Both the position numbers and the translations under genes were made by a program. Source: an uncultured delta proteobacterium (GTDB lineage Bacteria > Desulfobacterota > Binatia > UBA9968). From it: 64,000 bases of DNA. The stretch's first letter is position 1. Each line of letters begins with the position of its first letter. This document shows, piece by piece, positions 1 to 9,776 of the stretch. Under the pieces are notes generated by a model that did not search any database, had not been told where the DNA came from, and saw nothing but the letters and a program-made list of their open reading frames with translations. The stretch lies in NCBI GenBank assembly GCA_963847445.1, contig CAWJZV010000022.1, positions 11,205-75,204 of the forward strand. The letters run 5' to 3'.

Positions 1-180
1 TATTGGCCGGATACTGAGCACTCGGGTCCGAGCAAAGCCTAACACCCGGACTGCAGTATGTGCCACAGAGAATCGAGGGTTGGCGATACTGGAAAAATTA
101 AGCGCAACGATTCATTGTCAGATGAATGGATCATGATGATGCACAAGTTTCAACCGCGACGGCCAACAGGAGTTTATCGA

Positions 181-1446
181 ATGCGCTTTCATTTCGCACT
201 GGCGGCACTGACGACGTTGGGGCTGTTGACCCATACCATCGAAGCTGCGGATTATAAGTATCCCTATCGGGACCCGTACTTAGCGACTGCGACCACCGCT
301 ATTTTGAGCGACGAGGGCGCCACGGCGAGCGTCACGTCGACCATCATCCGTGTGCCTGGGCTGCCCGGCAGAAATAATTTGCCCGATCTCGAAGGACGCG
401 GCGACGTGAGCCTTGCTCTGTATCGCCAAAACCGTGCGGCGCCGTTGCTTTTCATCCTCGCCGGCCTTGGCTCCAACCCGTACTTCGGGGTCGGCCCCTA
501 TTTAGCGAGCCTGTTCTATAAACAAGGCTCCCATGTGGTCATTTTGCCCTCGCCGATGAGCTGGAATTTTGCGTTATCGGCCAACCGCAGGGGCGCGCCG
601 GGTTACGCGCCGGACGACGCCCGGGACTTATATGCGGTCATGCAAAAAACTCTGACGGTCTTAAGAGATCGGCATGACATGACAATCACAACGATCAATT
701 TCATGGCGGTCAGTCTGGGCGGGCTAGAAGGCGCTTATCTAAGCGTCATCGATGCCGACGAGGGCAAGATCGGCATCGACAAGTATCTTCTCGTAAACCC
801 GCCCGTCGATCTCGCTTACGCCGTCAAAAAAATCGATGAATGGAACGCGTTGGCAAGTAAATTCGGCCGGGCGAAATCCCATCAAATCGTGGCGAGGGCG
901 GTTGCCATCGTCGATTCCTTTGCCGACGTCAGGCGCGACAACCCCGCGGTCTTCGACCGATTGGCAAAGCAGTTCGCCGGCTTCACCACGGAAGAGCTCC
1001 AATTCCTCATCGCCGAGAATTTGCAAAGCCAGCTTCCCGAGCTCGTCTACGTGACCCAGGTCATTCACGATCAGAAGGTACTTAGAGCGCTGAAACACGA
1101 CAAGAGAAAACGGCTGGAGGAAGCTAAAGATTTCACGTTTACGGATTATACCGAAAAAATCGCTGTGCCCTTGTGGAAAAAACAAGCAGGGAGCAGCGAT
1201 GCCGATCGGGAAAAGTACATCCAAGGAGGCTCCTTAGAGCGCATCCTTGCCCGGCTGCGCGGCAATCCTAAAGTGCAGATCATCCACAACGCCGACGATT
1301 TCATGGTCGAGAGGAAATCCATCGAAGCGCTCAAAGAAGCCTTGGGCGACCAAGTGAAGCTTTATCCATACGGCGGCCATCTCGGCAACCTCTGGTACCC
1401 GGAAAATAAAGAATATGCTCTGAGATACTTTCGCCCGCGCCCTTGA
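181..1446 (+). CDS. Exported alpha/beta-hydrolase-fold protein
   Basis: Signal-like N-terminus from ATG 181 (MRFHFALAAL...), nucleophile-elbow variant AVSLGG, C-terminal GGHLGN His motif. Confidence 0.7.
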   Translation: MRFHFALAALTTLGLLTHTIEAADYKYPYRDPYLATATTAILSDEGATASVTSTIIRVPGLPGRNNLPDLEGRGDVSLALYRQNRAAPLLFILAGLGSNPYFGVGPYLASLFYKQGSHVVILPSPMSWNFALSANRRGAPGYAPDDARDLYAVMQKTLTVLRDRHDMTITTINFMAVSLGGLEGAYLSVIDADEGKIGIDKYLLVNPPVDLAYAVKKIDEWNALASKFGRAKSHQIVARAVAIVDSFADVRRDNPAVFDRLAKQFAGFTTEELQFLIAENLQSQLPELVYVTQVIHDQKVLRALKHDKRKRLEEAKDFTFTDYTEKIAVPLWKKQAGSSDADREKYIQGGSLERILARLRGNPKVQIIHNADDFMVERKSIEALKEALGDQVKLYPYGGHLGNLWYPENKEYALRYFRPRP

Positions 1447-1551
1447 ATAGGGCGTTGCCGCAAAAACACCTGTCGACTTTGAGGTCATCAGGGCCGGTCC
1501 GACACCCATAAAATTCACGCGCTGTTTTTCTTAGCGGAGGTCAGGATCGCC

Positions 1552-1860
1552 ATGTATTGCGAGGGACCGATCGGAATCAAGGCCGCCGTGCGCCAGAAGA
1601 TGGGCGTCGGCGTTGCCCTCGCCGACTCTATCAAGTCGGAGGTCGCATCCGGCGAGTTTAAGATCCTAAAAGTGCCCGGACTAGAGCTAGTGGGACAGAG
1701 CTATGTCGTTTACTCGAAGAAGCGGCCGCTTTCCTCGATCACGCAAGAGTTTCTTGAAATGTTGCGGAACGAACGGGCGAAGGTAAACGCAACAAAGCCA
1801 CGTTCAAAGGTTCAAGGTTCAAAAGTTCAACGTCAGATTTCAGAGAATTCAAATAGTTGA
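1552..1860 (+). pseudogene. C-terminal fragment of a LysR substrate-binding domain
   Basis: IKAAVRQKMGVGV...EVASGEFKILKVPGL...YVVYSKKRPLS resembles a LysR C-terminus; no HTH upstream; tail runs into repeats. Confidence 0.6.
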
Positions 1861-1965
1861 GTCTCCTTGGCAGTAATTTTTCGCGCCTCGTCTTAATGTG
1901 ATTCATTCATCAATCGAGATAGTTTTGTTTGAACTTCGATGAATAAATCGCATCAATTTATGTCC

Positions 1966-2060
1966 AACCTCGAACCTCGAACCTCGAACCTCGAACCTCG
2001 AACCTTGAACCTTGAACCTCAAACCTGAACCTCGAACCTTGAACCTTGAACCTTGAACCC
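1966..2060. repeat. Heptamer tandem array (AACCTCG/AACCTTG, 13 units) with complementary GTTCAAG-type arm at ~1801-1830
   Basis: Read directly from sequence. Confidence 0.95.
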
Positions 2061-2063
2061 ACG

Positions 2064-3035
2064 CTATGGTTTCCACCCTTGTTTATTCAGCTGGGCTTCG
2101 GCTTGGCGGGCAAAGGTGAAGTCGTAGGCTCGGTTGTTGGGCACGACTTCGTTGACTTCGGCGACCAGCTTGACGATGGCCAGATCGTTTTTCTGAGTTT
2201 CCTCATCGACATGGCCGGCGCTAGTGAACGACTTCGCCATGTCGTCGTACATGCGGCTGACCAGGGCGCGGTCGGATTCGGTGAATTTGACCGCGGCGGC
2301 GATGGCGCCATCACGCTCATTGCGAAAATAACGTAATGCTTTGATGACGGCTCGGGCGAAGCCCAACATTTGCTTGGGCTGCTCTTTGATGAAGCGGTCG
2401 GAGGTCGCGATGGTTCCCCAGGAATTTTTTAACTCCTTGCCCAAATACATGAAGTCTTTCATGCCTTGCTCGACCGCCTGATACCGTTCTTCGGCGCTGA
2501 CAATCGCGGCATCGGCGGCGCCGGACATGAGCGATGGCAAGCGGTTGAGCGGTCCCGGGTCGATGAAGATTATGTCTTTGCCGTCGACGCCGTACTTGGT
2601 CGCGAGAATTTGCCGCAACATGAAAGTGCCGAGGGAAGCGATACCGGCGGACGCGACTTTTTTGCCTTTCAGATCGCCAGGGCCGGCGACATTGGGCCGG
2701 GCAACTACCCATTGTAAAACTTGATCGTTGAGCGCGAGTACGGTCTTAATCGGCGCGTTGCCTTTGGAAATACCTACCAACGCGCTGCTGCCGGCGCCGG
2801 AAAACTGCGCGCTGCCGGCCATCACCGCCTGTAAGCTCGGGCCGGACTGCATGTAGGTGAGCTTCATGTCGAGCCCTTCTTCCTTCATGTAGCCGCGTTC
2901 CTGCGCTACCGGCAGAATCGTGTATTGAAAAGCTTTCGCCGTCAGCGCGACGGTGATGGTGTCGGCGCCGAAGACAGTTGAGGAAGGAAACACGGTCGCG
3001 AAAATGAGGCTCAAGACAAATCTGGACTTGCTCAT
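2064..3035 (-). CDS. NMT1/SsuA-like ABC substrate-binding protein
   Basis: Signal peptide, GYMKEEGLD, DLKGKKVA, RLPSLMSGAADAA motifs. Confidence 0.85.
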   Translation of the reverse strand: MSKSRFVLSLIFATVFPSSTVFGADTITVALTAKAFQYTILPVAQERGYMKEEGLDMKLTYMQSGPSLQAVMAGSAQFSGAGSSALVGISKGNAPIKTVLALNDQVLQWVVARPNVAGPGDLKGKKVASAGIASLGTFMLRQILATKYGVDGKDIIFIDPGPLNRLPSLMSGAADAAIVSAEERYQAVEQGMKDFMYLGKELKNSWGTIATSDRFIKEQPKQMLGFARAVIKALRYFRNERDGAIAAAVKFTESDRALVSRMYDDMAKSFTSAGHVDEETQKNDLAIVKLVAEVNEVVPNNRAYDFTFARQAEAQLNKQGWKP

Positions 3036-3169
3036 GGGTAAACTCCTTTGCTAATCGAAACTATCCGTCTTTTAGCGCGGCTGCTTAGTTGTTGGCAAGG
3101 CGTTACGCGGGAGGCATTCAAGCGATGGGTATCGCTGCGCTTCATTCATCCTTCGAATTTGTCTAGGCG

Positions 3170-3290
3170 TATCTCCCGCAAAAGCGCCAAGGCGCAAAGG
3201 TAACAGACCGATGCTCGTCATCCCGTGGGAGGACGAGGAATCAAAGAGAGATTTCTCTCATAGGTCGAAAGGTGCCGGCCCAATCGTCTT
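3170..3290. repeat. MITE/REP-like family A, degenerate copy
   Basis: CGCAAAAGCGCCAAGGCGCAAAG arm plus GTCATCCCG...GAGATTTCTCTC core, as in copies at 34923 and 41456. Confidence 0.7.
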
Positions 3291-3415
3291 ACTTGCGCGT
3301 TGAAAGGGCTCGTCCAGTTCACTAAAAACTTTGGGACTGAGAACATGAGGCAGCTGCCCGGCCATCGTCAAAAATAAACTTCAGCCGTTTGGGCCGATGT
3401 GGTATTCTTAGCGGC

Positions 3416-4048
3416 ATGAAACTAAGCATTGCATTGCTGTTTGCCGTAGCCGGGTTAGCTGGATGTTCCACGCCGAATATTAGCCGGAGCGGTACATTAC
3501 TCTCCGGACTGACCCAGTATCACGCTGATATGCAGTCCCTGAACGGCGTTTCACGCTGGCCGGAACGGCAGCGTGCCGTGGGCTCGTTGAAGACTATCAT
3601 CACTGGCACGGTGGGCGCGTCCCCGGAGTTTTACCGCCTGGTCGATCTCGATCTGCGCAAGCGCGAATTCACCGTGACGATACGCGATACCAATCTCCGT
3701 CCCGACCGGTTGCGCGAGATGCAGGACGAGCTGGTCGCCATGGATGAAGAAATCGCCGCGCTCAAGCCGGTGGTGAAGACGCAACTTTCGGCGGTGGCGA
3801 ATTACGAGCAAGGCGACCGCATCGAGAACGCCGCGTCTCTGGGGCTACTTGGTTTGGCCGTCGACAATTTTTCCGCCGCCGCAGCTTCCCGCGGCGCCCA
3901 GGCACCGTCAACCCGAGTCGGTCCATATCTCGTCACCGATTTGGGTGCGTTTTCGACCGTGCGCACGTCCGAGGGACAATCCTATCGCTGCGATGTATTC
4001 AGTGTGCCCGAAGAGGGCGGTGGGATTAGGTGTGAGCCGGTTAAATAA
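3416..4048 (+). CDS. Hypothetical lipoprotein
   Basis: MKLSIALLFAVAGLAGC lipobox; coiled-coil-like middle. Confidence 0.75.
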   Translation: MKLSIALLFAVAGLAGCSTPNISRSGTLLSGLTQYHADMQSLNGVSRWPERQRAVGSLKTIITGTVGASPEFYRLVDLDLRKREFTVTIRDTNLRPDRLREMQDELVAMDEEIAALKPVVKTQLSAVANYEQGDRIENAASLGLLGLAVDNFSAAAASRGAQAPSTRVGPYLVTDLGAFSTVRTSEGQSYRCDVFSVPEEGGGIRCEPVK

Positions 4049-4284
4049 TTAAGAATTGATTCAGTTGTCGGCGCATAATTCGCGATAAACATCCAGTGAT
4101 GGGATCTCTTGCACGAGTTTGGACTCTGACATTTCGCTGACTTTCCACCAGCCTTCCAGAAGCTGCGCCGTTTTCTCCTTGCCGTAAACCGGTTTCCCTG
4201 TTTACAAGAATTTGTTTCTGACCTTATCCGCGAGCGCAACCAACATCCCACGCCACGGCGGGAAAATAATGGTTGCGGTGGTCG

Positions 4285-5391
4285 TCATTTCAGCAGTTCA
4301 TTAGCCAGTTTGATCGCCTTGGGCCAGAGCTGGGTGAGCACTTCTTCGCTGGAGTTTTCCCGTTTTTGATTATCCTCGAAGCTCAAGAAATCTTTCGACG
4401 CCCGGGTGCCGTATTCCGCCAGCCATTTGGTGTCGACGTCGAGCCGGCGCGTCGCTTGGCCCATCGCCTTGCCATAGGTTTCTTGGCCTTCCTTGCTGAG
4501 CAGCCAATTGACGAAGACTTTGGTGGCGTTGGGGTGGCTTGAGTTTTTCACCACCGATAAGGCGCCGCTGCCGCTGCTGGTGTAGCTGCCTTCCTTGGCT
4601 TCGGGCAGCGGTTTGATCGGCAGGTTGGCTTTGATGAACGGCGCCAGCGTGTAATAGCTGAGGCCGATGGTGATTGCAAAGCGCCCCTTGGCGAGACTTT
4701 CGCCGAGCAGCCGCTGCTCGCGCGACAGCGTCAGTTCCTGCGCCGCTAGTTTGCGCAGAAATTCCTCGCCCTTGATTTTATAAAAGAACGCCCAGCTCGA
4801 GGTGCCGCCGCCGGCGGAGCGGGGATCGAGGATGCCGATCTTGCCTTTCCATTTCGGATTGAGCAGGTCGTCGAAGCCGCGGTATTCGTCCGCTTTCACC
4901 AGCTGCGTGTTGTGCCAAAAGTTCTCCGACTGGTAGGCCTGAAACGAGTAGAGATATTTCTTGGCGTTGTCCGCCCAGACATGGCCGCCGTACCAGCGCT
5001 TCGGATCTTTTACTTCCGGCAGGATCAGCAACGGTTCGATGGGATCGAGAATGCCGGCGTTCAGCAAATTCAACGGCGTCAACGAGCCGCTGATGAGTAG
5101 GTCGAAGTAGCGCACGCCGGCGGCATGTTCGGCGGCGATCTTGCTGGCGTTGGCCGGGCCGCGACCGGTGGCGAGCTCGATGTCGATGTCGGGATAGCGC
5201 TTGCTAAATGTCTCGTCCAACGCTTTGCGCAGTTCCGCGCTGGCCGGAATCCCGGCGACGACTTTGCCTTCTTTCTTGGCCGCCTCGACGGTCTTGTCCC
5301 AATCGGACTGGGCGCGCGCGGCGCGCGGCGCGCTCATTATAAACGTCAATATGCTGCACAGCCCTGCGATCGTTAGATAGGTTTTGAGCAT
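4285..5391 (-). CDS. Extracellular solute-binding protein (Fe/thiamine/polyamine class)
   Basis: AAKKEGKVV, LLNPKWKGKIG, HPNATKVFVNWLLSKEGQ motifs. Confidence 0.85.
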   Translation of the reverse strand: MLKTYLTIAGLCSILTFIMSAPRAARAQSDWDKTVEAAKKEGKVVAGIPASAELRKALDETFSKRYPDIDIELATGRGPANASKIAAEHAAGVRYFDLLISGSLTPLNLLNAGILDPIEPLLILPEVKDPKRWYGGHVWADNAKKYLYSFQAYQSENFWHNTQLVKADEYRGFDDLLNPKWKGKIGILDPRSAGGGTSSWAFFYKIKGEEFLRKLAAQELTLSREQRLLGESLAKGRFAITIGLSYYTLAPFIKANLPIKPLPEAKEGSYTSSGSGALSVVKNSSHPNATKVFVNWLLSKEGQETYGKAMGQATRRLDVDTKWLAEYGTRASKDFLSFEDNQKRENSSEEVLTQLWPKAIKLANELLK

Positions 5392-5414
5392 TTGTGTCTC
5401 ATATGCGCGCGCCT

Positions 5415-5500
5415 GTTCAAGGTTCAAGGGTTCAAAAGTTCAATGTCAGAAGGGGAGGGCGATGTTTGAACCTTGTACCACTCTTGAACTTTTGAACGGT
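5415..5500. repeat. Inverted GTTCAAG/CTTGAAC heptamer palindrome
   Basis: gttcaaggttcaagggttcaaaagttcaa ... ttgaaccttg...ttgaacttttgaac. Confidence 0.8.
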
Positions 5501-5519
5501 CTTCAAATAAAGCGAAGCG

Positions 5520-6639
5520 TTATTTGAAGACATCTTCGGCAATCTTCGTCGCAGCCGCCCAATATTTGCCGACGGTTTCTTCGCCGTAGTTTTCCAAGCG
5601 GTTATTTTCTTCGACGGTGAGATAGTCCTTCGACGCGCGCACGCCGTGGGCGGCCATCCATTTGGTGTCGACGTCGAGGCGGCGGGTGGCTTGGCCCATC
5701 GCCTTGCCGTAGATTTCCTGGCCTTCTCTGCTGAACAGCCAGTTGACGAATACTTTGGTCGCGTTGGGATGGGGCGAGTTTTTCACGATCGAGGTGGCGC
5801 TGCTGCCGCAGCTGGTATAGGTGCCTTCTTTCATGTCGGGCAGCGGTTTGACCGGCAGGCCGGCCTTCAAGAAGGGTGAGAACGTGTAGTAGGTGAGGCC
5901 GATGGTGACGGCGATCTTGCCCTTGGCCAGGTTGTCGGCGAGCAAGCGCTGATCGCGCGAGAGAAACATGTCCTGCGCCGCGAGTTTGCGGAGAAATTCT
6001 TCGCCTTTAGTTTTCAGGAAGAAGGCCCAGGTCGCCGTACCGGCGCCGGGGCTGCGCGGATCGAGGATGCCGATCTTGCCTTTGAATTTCGGCAAGCAGC
6101 AGGTCGTCGTAGGAGCGCGCCTCTTCGGGCTTCATCATCGACGCGTTATGCCAGATGTTCTCCGACTGGTAGACCTGAAAGGCGTAGATATACTTCTTGG
6201 CGTGGTCGAGCCAAACATGGCCGCCGTACCAGCGCGCCGGGTCGCGAACTTCCGGCAGCATAAGCAGTGGTTCTATGGGTTCGAGGATCCCCGCTTTTAG
6301 CAAATTGAACGGCGTCGATGTGCCGCTGATCAATAGATCGAAGTAACGCACGCCGGCAGCATGTTCGGCGGAGATCTTGCCGGCATTGCTAGGGCCGCGC
6401 GACGCGCTCAGGTCGAGCTCGATGCCGGGATAGCGCTTGGGAAATACTTCGGTGATCGCCCTGCGCAACTCGGCGCTGGCGGGAATCGCCGCGACTACCT
6501 TGCCTTCCCTTCTGGCGGCTTCGAGGGTTTTGTCCCACTCCAGTGTGGAGGAGGGTTTTACTTCACCGGCAAATCCCATCATGGGCGCAAGCGCGACGAT
6601 GAACAGATAGCGAATTAACTGTGGGCAAAAAAATTTCAT
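5520..6639 (-). CDS. Extracellular solute-binding protein, tandem paralog of 4285-5391 (frameshift ~6095)
   Basis: ORFs 6007-6726 and 5520-6095 join into a near-colinear paralog; AGGAGG RBS before ATG 6639. Confidence 0.8.
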
Positions 6640-6765
6640 CCGAACCTCCTTGATGCGAGCTGCGATGTTGCAGACGAAGGTCGCTGCAGAATGACCCAAT
6701 CTGACCTGGACGGCTGGTGCTGTCAAGAAATCCCATTGACCTAAGCGGCGCGAGCCAATCGAGGG

Positions 6766-7182
6766 TCATTTAGCGGGGGAGTGGATTGCTATCTCGATCG
6801 CGGAAGCGAGCAGATGCGTCCCAGGAGAAAATGCAAGTGAGCCCGCCAAGATATTGACGATTATCGATAGGTTCGATGCGATGACGCTGAGACCGATGAG
6901 CCTTAATCGAAAGATGAACGAAAAAAACACTGTGACTAGGCTGACGATAAGATTGACGACCACCGCGGGAAGCGTCGCGTAGCCAGAGACCGTTATCAAC
7001 AGGGGAAGCCGGAATTCTGCGCCGCCCATCCCGATCAATCCGCCCAGCATGCCGACCGTGGCTCCGGTCGCAAAGGATGGGAATGGCGTTCGTGAACTTT
7101 CAGCGTTTGGCGACAACTTTTCCTCGGATGCGTTGATCGAAAAGCGGCGAGATGCGGCCCCGTCATGAGTGGCGCGGAACAA
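6766..7182 (-). pseudogene. Truncated TSUP (TauE/SafE) family membrane protein
   Basis: GMLGGLIGMGGAEFRLPLL N-terminal motif; only about half the usual length. Confidence 0.6.
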
Positions 7183-8296
7183 GGCGTACCGCAGGAGCTT
7201 TGATAACCGCTACGATTTTCTCTTGCAGTTTCAACCCAAGCTCATCCACTGCTTGCCGCGTGACCGAGGAAATGAGTGGAAATCCTACGTCGACTTTGAT
7301 TTGCGTCAATGGCCCTGACGGCACGATCTCCAGGATGACTCCCGCAAGGCGGTTGCGCGCGCTGCCGGCGGCGTCACGAAGCTTTTCAAGGAGGACATCT
7401 TCGGCGCGAATGCAAACATAGACATCGCTCAAGCTGGGCTCATTTGAGAGGGCGGACAGAGTAACTTCACCGACTCGCACGCTTGCCAGATCGTCGCCAT
7501 TGGCGATTACCTTGCCAGAGACGATTGTTTCCACGCCCAGCGAATGAGCTACTTCGATGTCCTCCGGCGCGCTGAACACCTGCTGTGGGTGGCCGATCTG
7601 GCGCACTTTCCCCCCGACCATGACGACCAACTGATCGCCGAGTGAGAGGGCTTCAGTCCAATCGTGGGTGACGAGGACGGTGGGTATGGCCAGGTCGTGC
7701 AACAATTTGGCGAACTCGCCGCGCACGTGCTTGCGCGTAGGAAGATCCAGGGCCGACATGGGTTCGTCGAGCAGGAGCAGGCGCGGCTCTCGAACCAATG
7801 CGCGAGCGAGCGCCACCCGTTGTTGCTGGCCGCCGGAAAGCTCCCTTGGTTTTCGATTTTCAAGACCGTCGAGTTGCACCAGTTGAAGAATCTTCTGGAG
7901 CTTACTTGCGCGCAGTTCGCGCGCTACTTCCTTCAGCCCGTAGGCAACATTTTGATTGACCGTCAAATGGGGGAAGAGCGCGTAGTCTTGAAACACGTAG
8001 CCGATGAAGCGTTTCTGCGGCGGTATCATGACGCCGGCTTGGGCGTCGAACCACGCTTCTGCGCCGAAACTGATGCGCCCGGTATTGGGACGCTCCAATC
8101 CGGCCAAGGACCTGAGGATCGTCGTCTTGCCGGCGCCGGAGGGGCCAAAAAGCACGGTCACATGATGACGATCTGCCGGGAACGAAAGCGCAGCCGTGAT
8201 GGTTCTTCCGCCGGGAAAAACCTTTTCGACGTCAACGATGACCTGCGAAGTTTGGTTATTCACGTGTCCACCTAAGGTTTCGGGAACACGCGCCAC
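7163..8296 (-). CDS. modC: Molybdate ABC transporter ATPase
   Basis: GPSGAGKT, LSGGQQQR, LLLLDEP, C-terminal TOBE (SARNRLAG); follows modB. Confidence 0.9.
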   Translation of the reverse strand: MARVPETLGGHVNNQTSQVIVDVEKVFPGGRTITAALSFPADRHHVTVLFGPSGAGKTTILRSLAGLERPNTGRISFGAEAWFDAQAGVMIPPQKRFIGYVFQDYALFPHLTVNQNVAYGLKEVARELRASKLQKILQLVQLDGLENRKPRELSGGQQQRVALARALVREPRLLLLDEPMSALDLPTRKHVRGEFAKLLHDLAIPTVLVTHDWTEALSLGDQLVVMVGGKVRQIGHPQQVFSAPEDIEVAHSLGVETIVSGKVIANGDDLASVRVGEVTLSALSNEPSLSDVYVCIRAEDVLLEKLRDAAGSARNRLAGVILEIVPSGPLTQIKVDVGFPLISSVTRQAVDELGLKLQEKIVAVIKAPAVRLVPRHS

Positions 8297-8946
8297 ATCT
8301 GATTGTGAATCGAGTAGAGCAATGTCAAAACCGCGAAGGAAAAAATCAGCAACACCAGGCTAGTTTGCCCAGCGGACGCGTAGTCCAATGACTGCACGTG
8401 ATCGTAAATTTCGATTGACATGGTTCGCGTGACGCCCTGGATATTGCCGCCGACCATGACCACGACGCCGAATTCGCCGATGGTGTGGGCGAAGCTCAAC
8501 ACCAGGGCGGTAATCACGCCGGGAACGGACATGGGTAAAATCACGCGAAAAAAGGTGCCGAGCTTGGAGATGCCCAAGGTCCACGAAGCTTCGATCAACC
8601 GGCGATCGACCGCTTGAAAACCCGCCATCAGCGGCTGGACCGCAAACGGCAGACTGTAGAGTACGGACGCAAACAAGAGCCCGCCGAACGTAAAGGGCAA
8701 CCTGCTGCCGAAGACGGTCTCGTAAAGTCGGCCCAGCGGACTCCACGGGCCGATCGCCACCAGCACGTAGAACCCCAGAACCGTCGGCGGCAGCACCAAG
8801 GGCAAGGCGACCACCGCTTCCGCCAGGAATTTCCACTTTTTCTGCGTGTAAACCAGCCAATAGGCGATCGGCAGGCTGAGCGGCAGCAGGATCAGCGTTG
8901 TCATTAAAGCGAGCTTGAGAGTGATTGCCACGGTGTCCCAGTTCAT
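8272..8946 (-). CDS. modB: Molybdate ABC transporter permease
   Basis: LPLVLPPTVLGFY, FAHTIGEFGVVVMVGGNI. Confidence 0.95.
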   Translation of the reverse strand: MNWDTVAITLKLALMTTLILLPLSLPIAYWLVYTQKKWKFLAEAVVALPLVLPPTVLGFYVLVAIGPWSPLGRLYETVFGSRLPFTFGGLLFASVLYSLPFAVQPLMAGFQAVDRRLIEASWTLGISKLGTFFRVILPMSVPGVITALVLSFAHTIGEFGVVVMVGGNIQGVTRTMSIEIYDHVQSLDYASAGQTSLVLLIFSFAVLTLLYSIHNQMWRVFPKP

Positions 8947-8954
8947 AAACCTTC

Positions 8955-9749
8955 CTAGTTGCGCGTTGGCCCTTTGGGGAGAAAGAAGCCGTATTTCTTA
9001 AGTATGGCTTGGCTCGACGGGGACTTGATCCACTCGTAGAACTGGCGGGTGGCGGCAAGGTTGCCCTTGTCGCGGGCCGCCTTCAATATCGCCGCGCCCT
9101 GAGTCATGCGCGGAAAAGTTTCGAGCGGAATCTCCCAGTACTTTCCCCTCACCTTGACGCTTGGCGCCACGGCGATGGCGAGCGCGATGATGCCGATATC
9201 TGCGGCCCCGGTGTCGATGAACTGAGCGGTCTGGGAAATGTTTTCGCCGAGGACGAATTTGTCCTTGAGCGTGTCGTAGATACCGTAATGCTGGAGCGCC
9301 GACGCGGCCGCCCGCCCATACGGCGCATGCTCCGGGTTGGCGATGGCGATCTTTTTGATCGAGTAATGAAAGAATGCCTTCGACTGGAGTTTCTCGACGT
9401 CGATGGGAGATTTTACCGGCACCCACGCGACGATCCGGCCGATGGCGTAAGTAAATAGCGTGCCAGGTTCGGTCAGCCCGGCCTTTTCCAACTCCGCCGG
9501 GTACATGATGTCGGCGGAAAAATAGACGTCGAAGGGCGCGCCATTTTTGATCTGCGAGTGAAAGTTGCCGGAGGAGCCAATCGTCAGCTTGACCTTGTGC
9601 GGCGATTGCTTCTCGAACTCGGCGACGATGTCCTTGATCGCAAAGTTTAAATCGGCGGCTGCCGCCACGAGGATTTCAGCGGCCAAGCCCCGACCGGATG
9701 TCCACAAAATCGAGAAAAATAGTACCACGGTGATAAAGAGTTTTCGCAT
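8955..9749 (-). CDS. modA: Molybdate-binding periplasmic protein
   Basis: VAAAADL, GSSG, GAPFDVYFSAD, IANPEHAPYG, GENISQ. Confidence 0.95.
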   Translation of the reverse strand: MRKLFITVVLFFSILWTSGRGLAAEILVAAAADLNFAIKDIVAEFEKQSPHKVKLTIGSSGNFHSQIKNGAPFDVYFSADIMYPAELEKAGLTEPGTLFTYAIGRIVAWVPVKSPIDVEKLQSKAFFHYSIKKIAIANPEHAPYGRAAASALQHYGIYDTLKDKFVLGENISQTAQFIDTGAADIGIIALAIAVAPSVKVRGKYWEIPLETFPRMTQGAAILKAARDKGNLAATRQFYEWIKSPSSQAILKKYGFFLPKGPTRN

Positions 9750-9776
9750 TTGTTACGCTGGTTGTTAGCTTTTGTT

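Noticed and set aside
1966-2060. CRISPR array
   Set aside because: Pure 7-mer tandem with no spacers and no cas genes.
4050-4260. Small gene between convergent ORFs
   Set aside because: Short broken frames with no recognisable motif or start.
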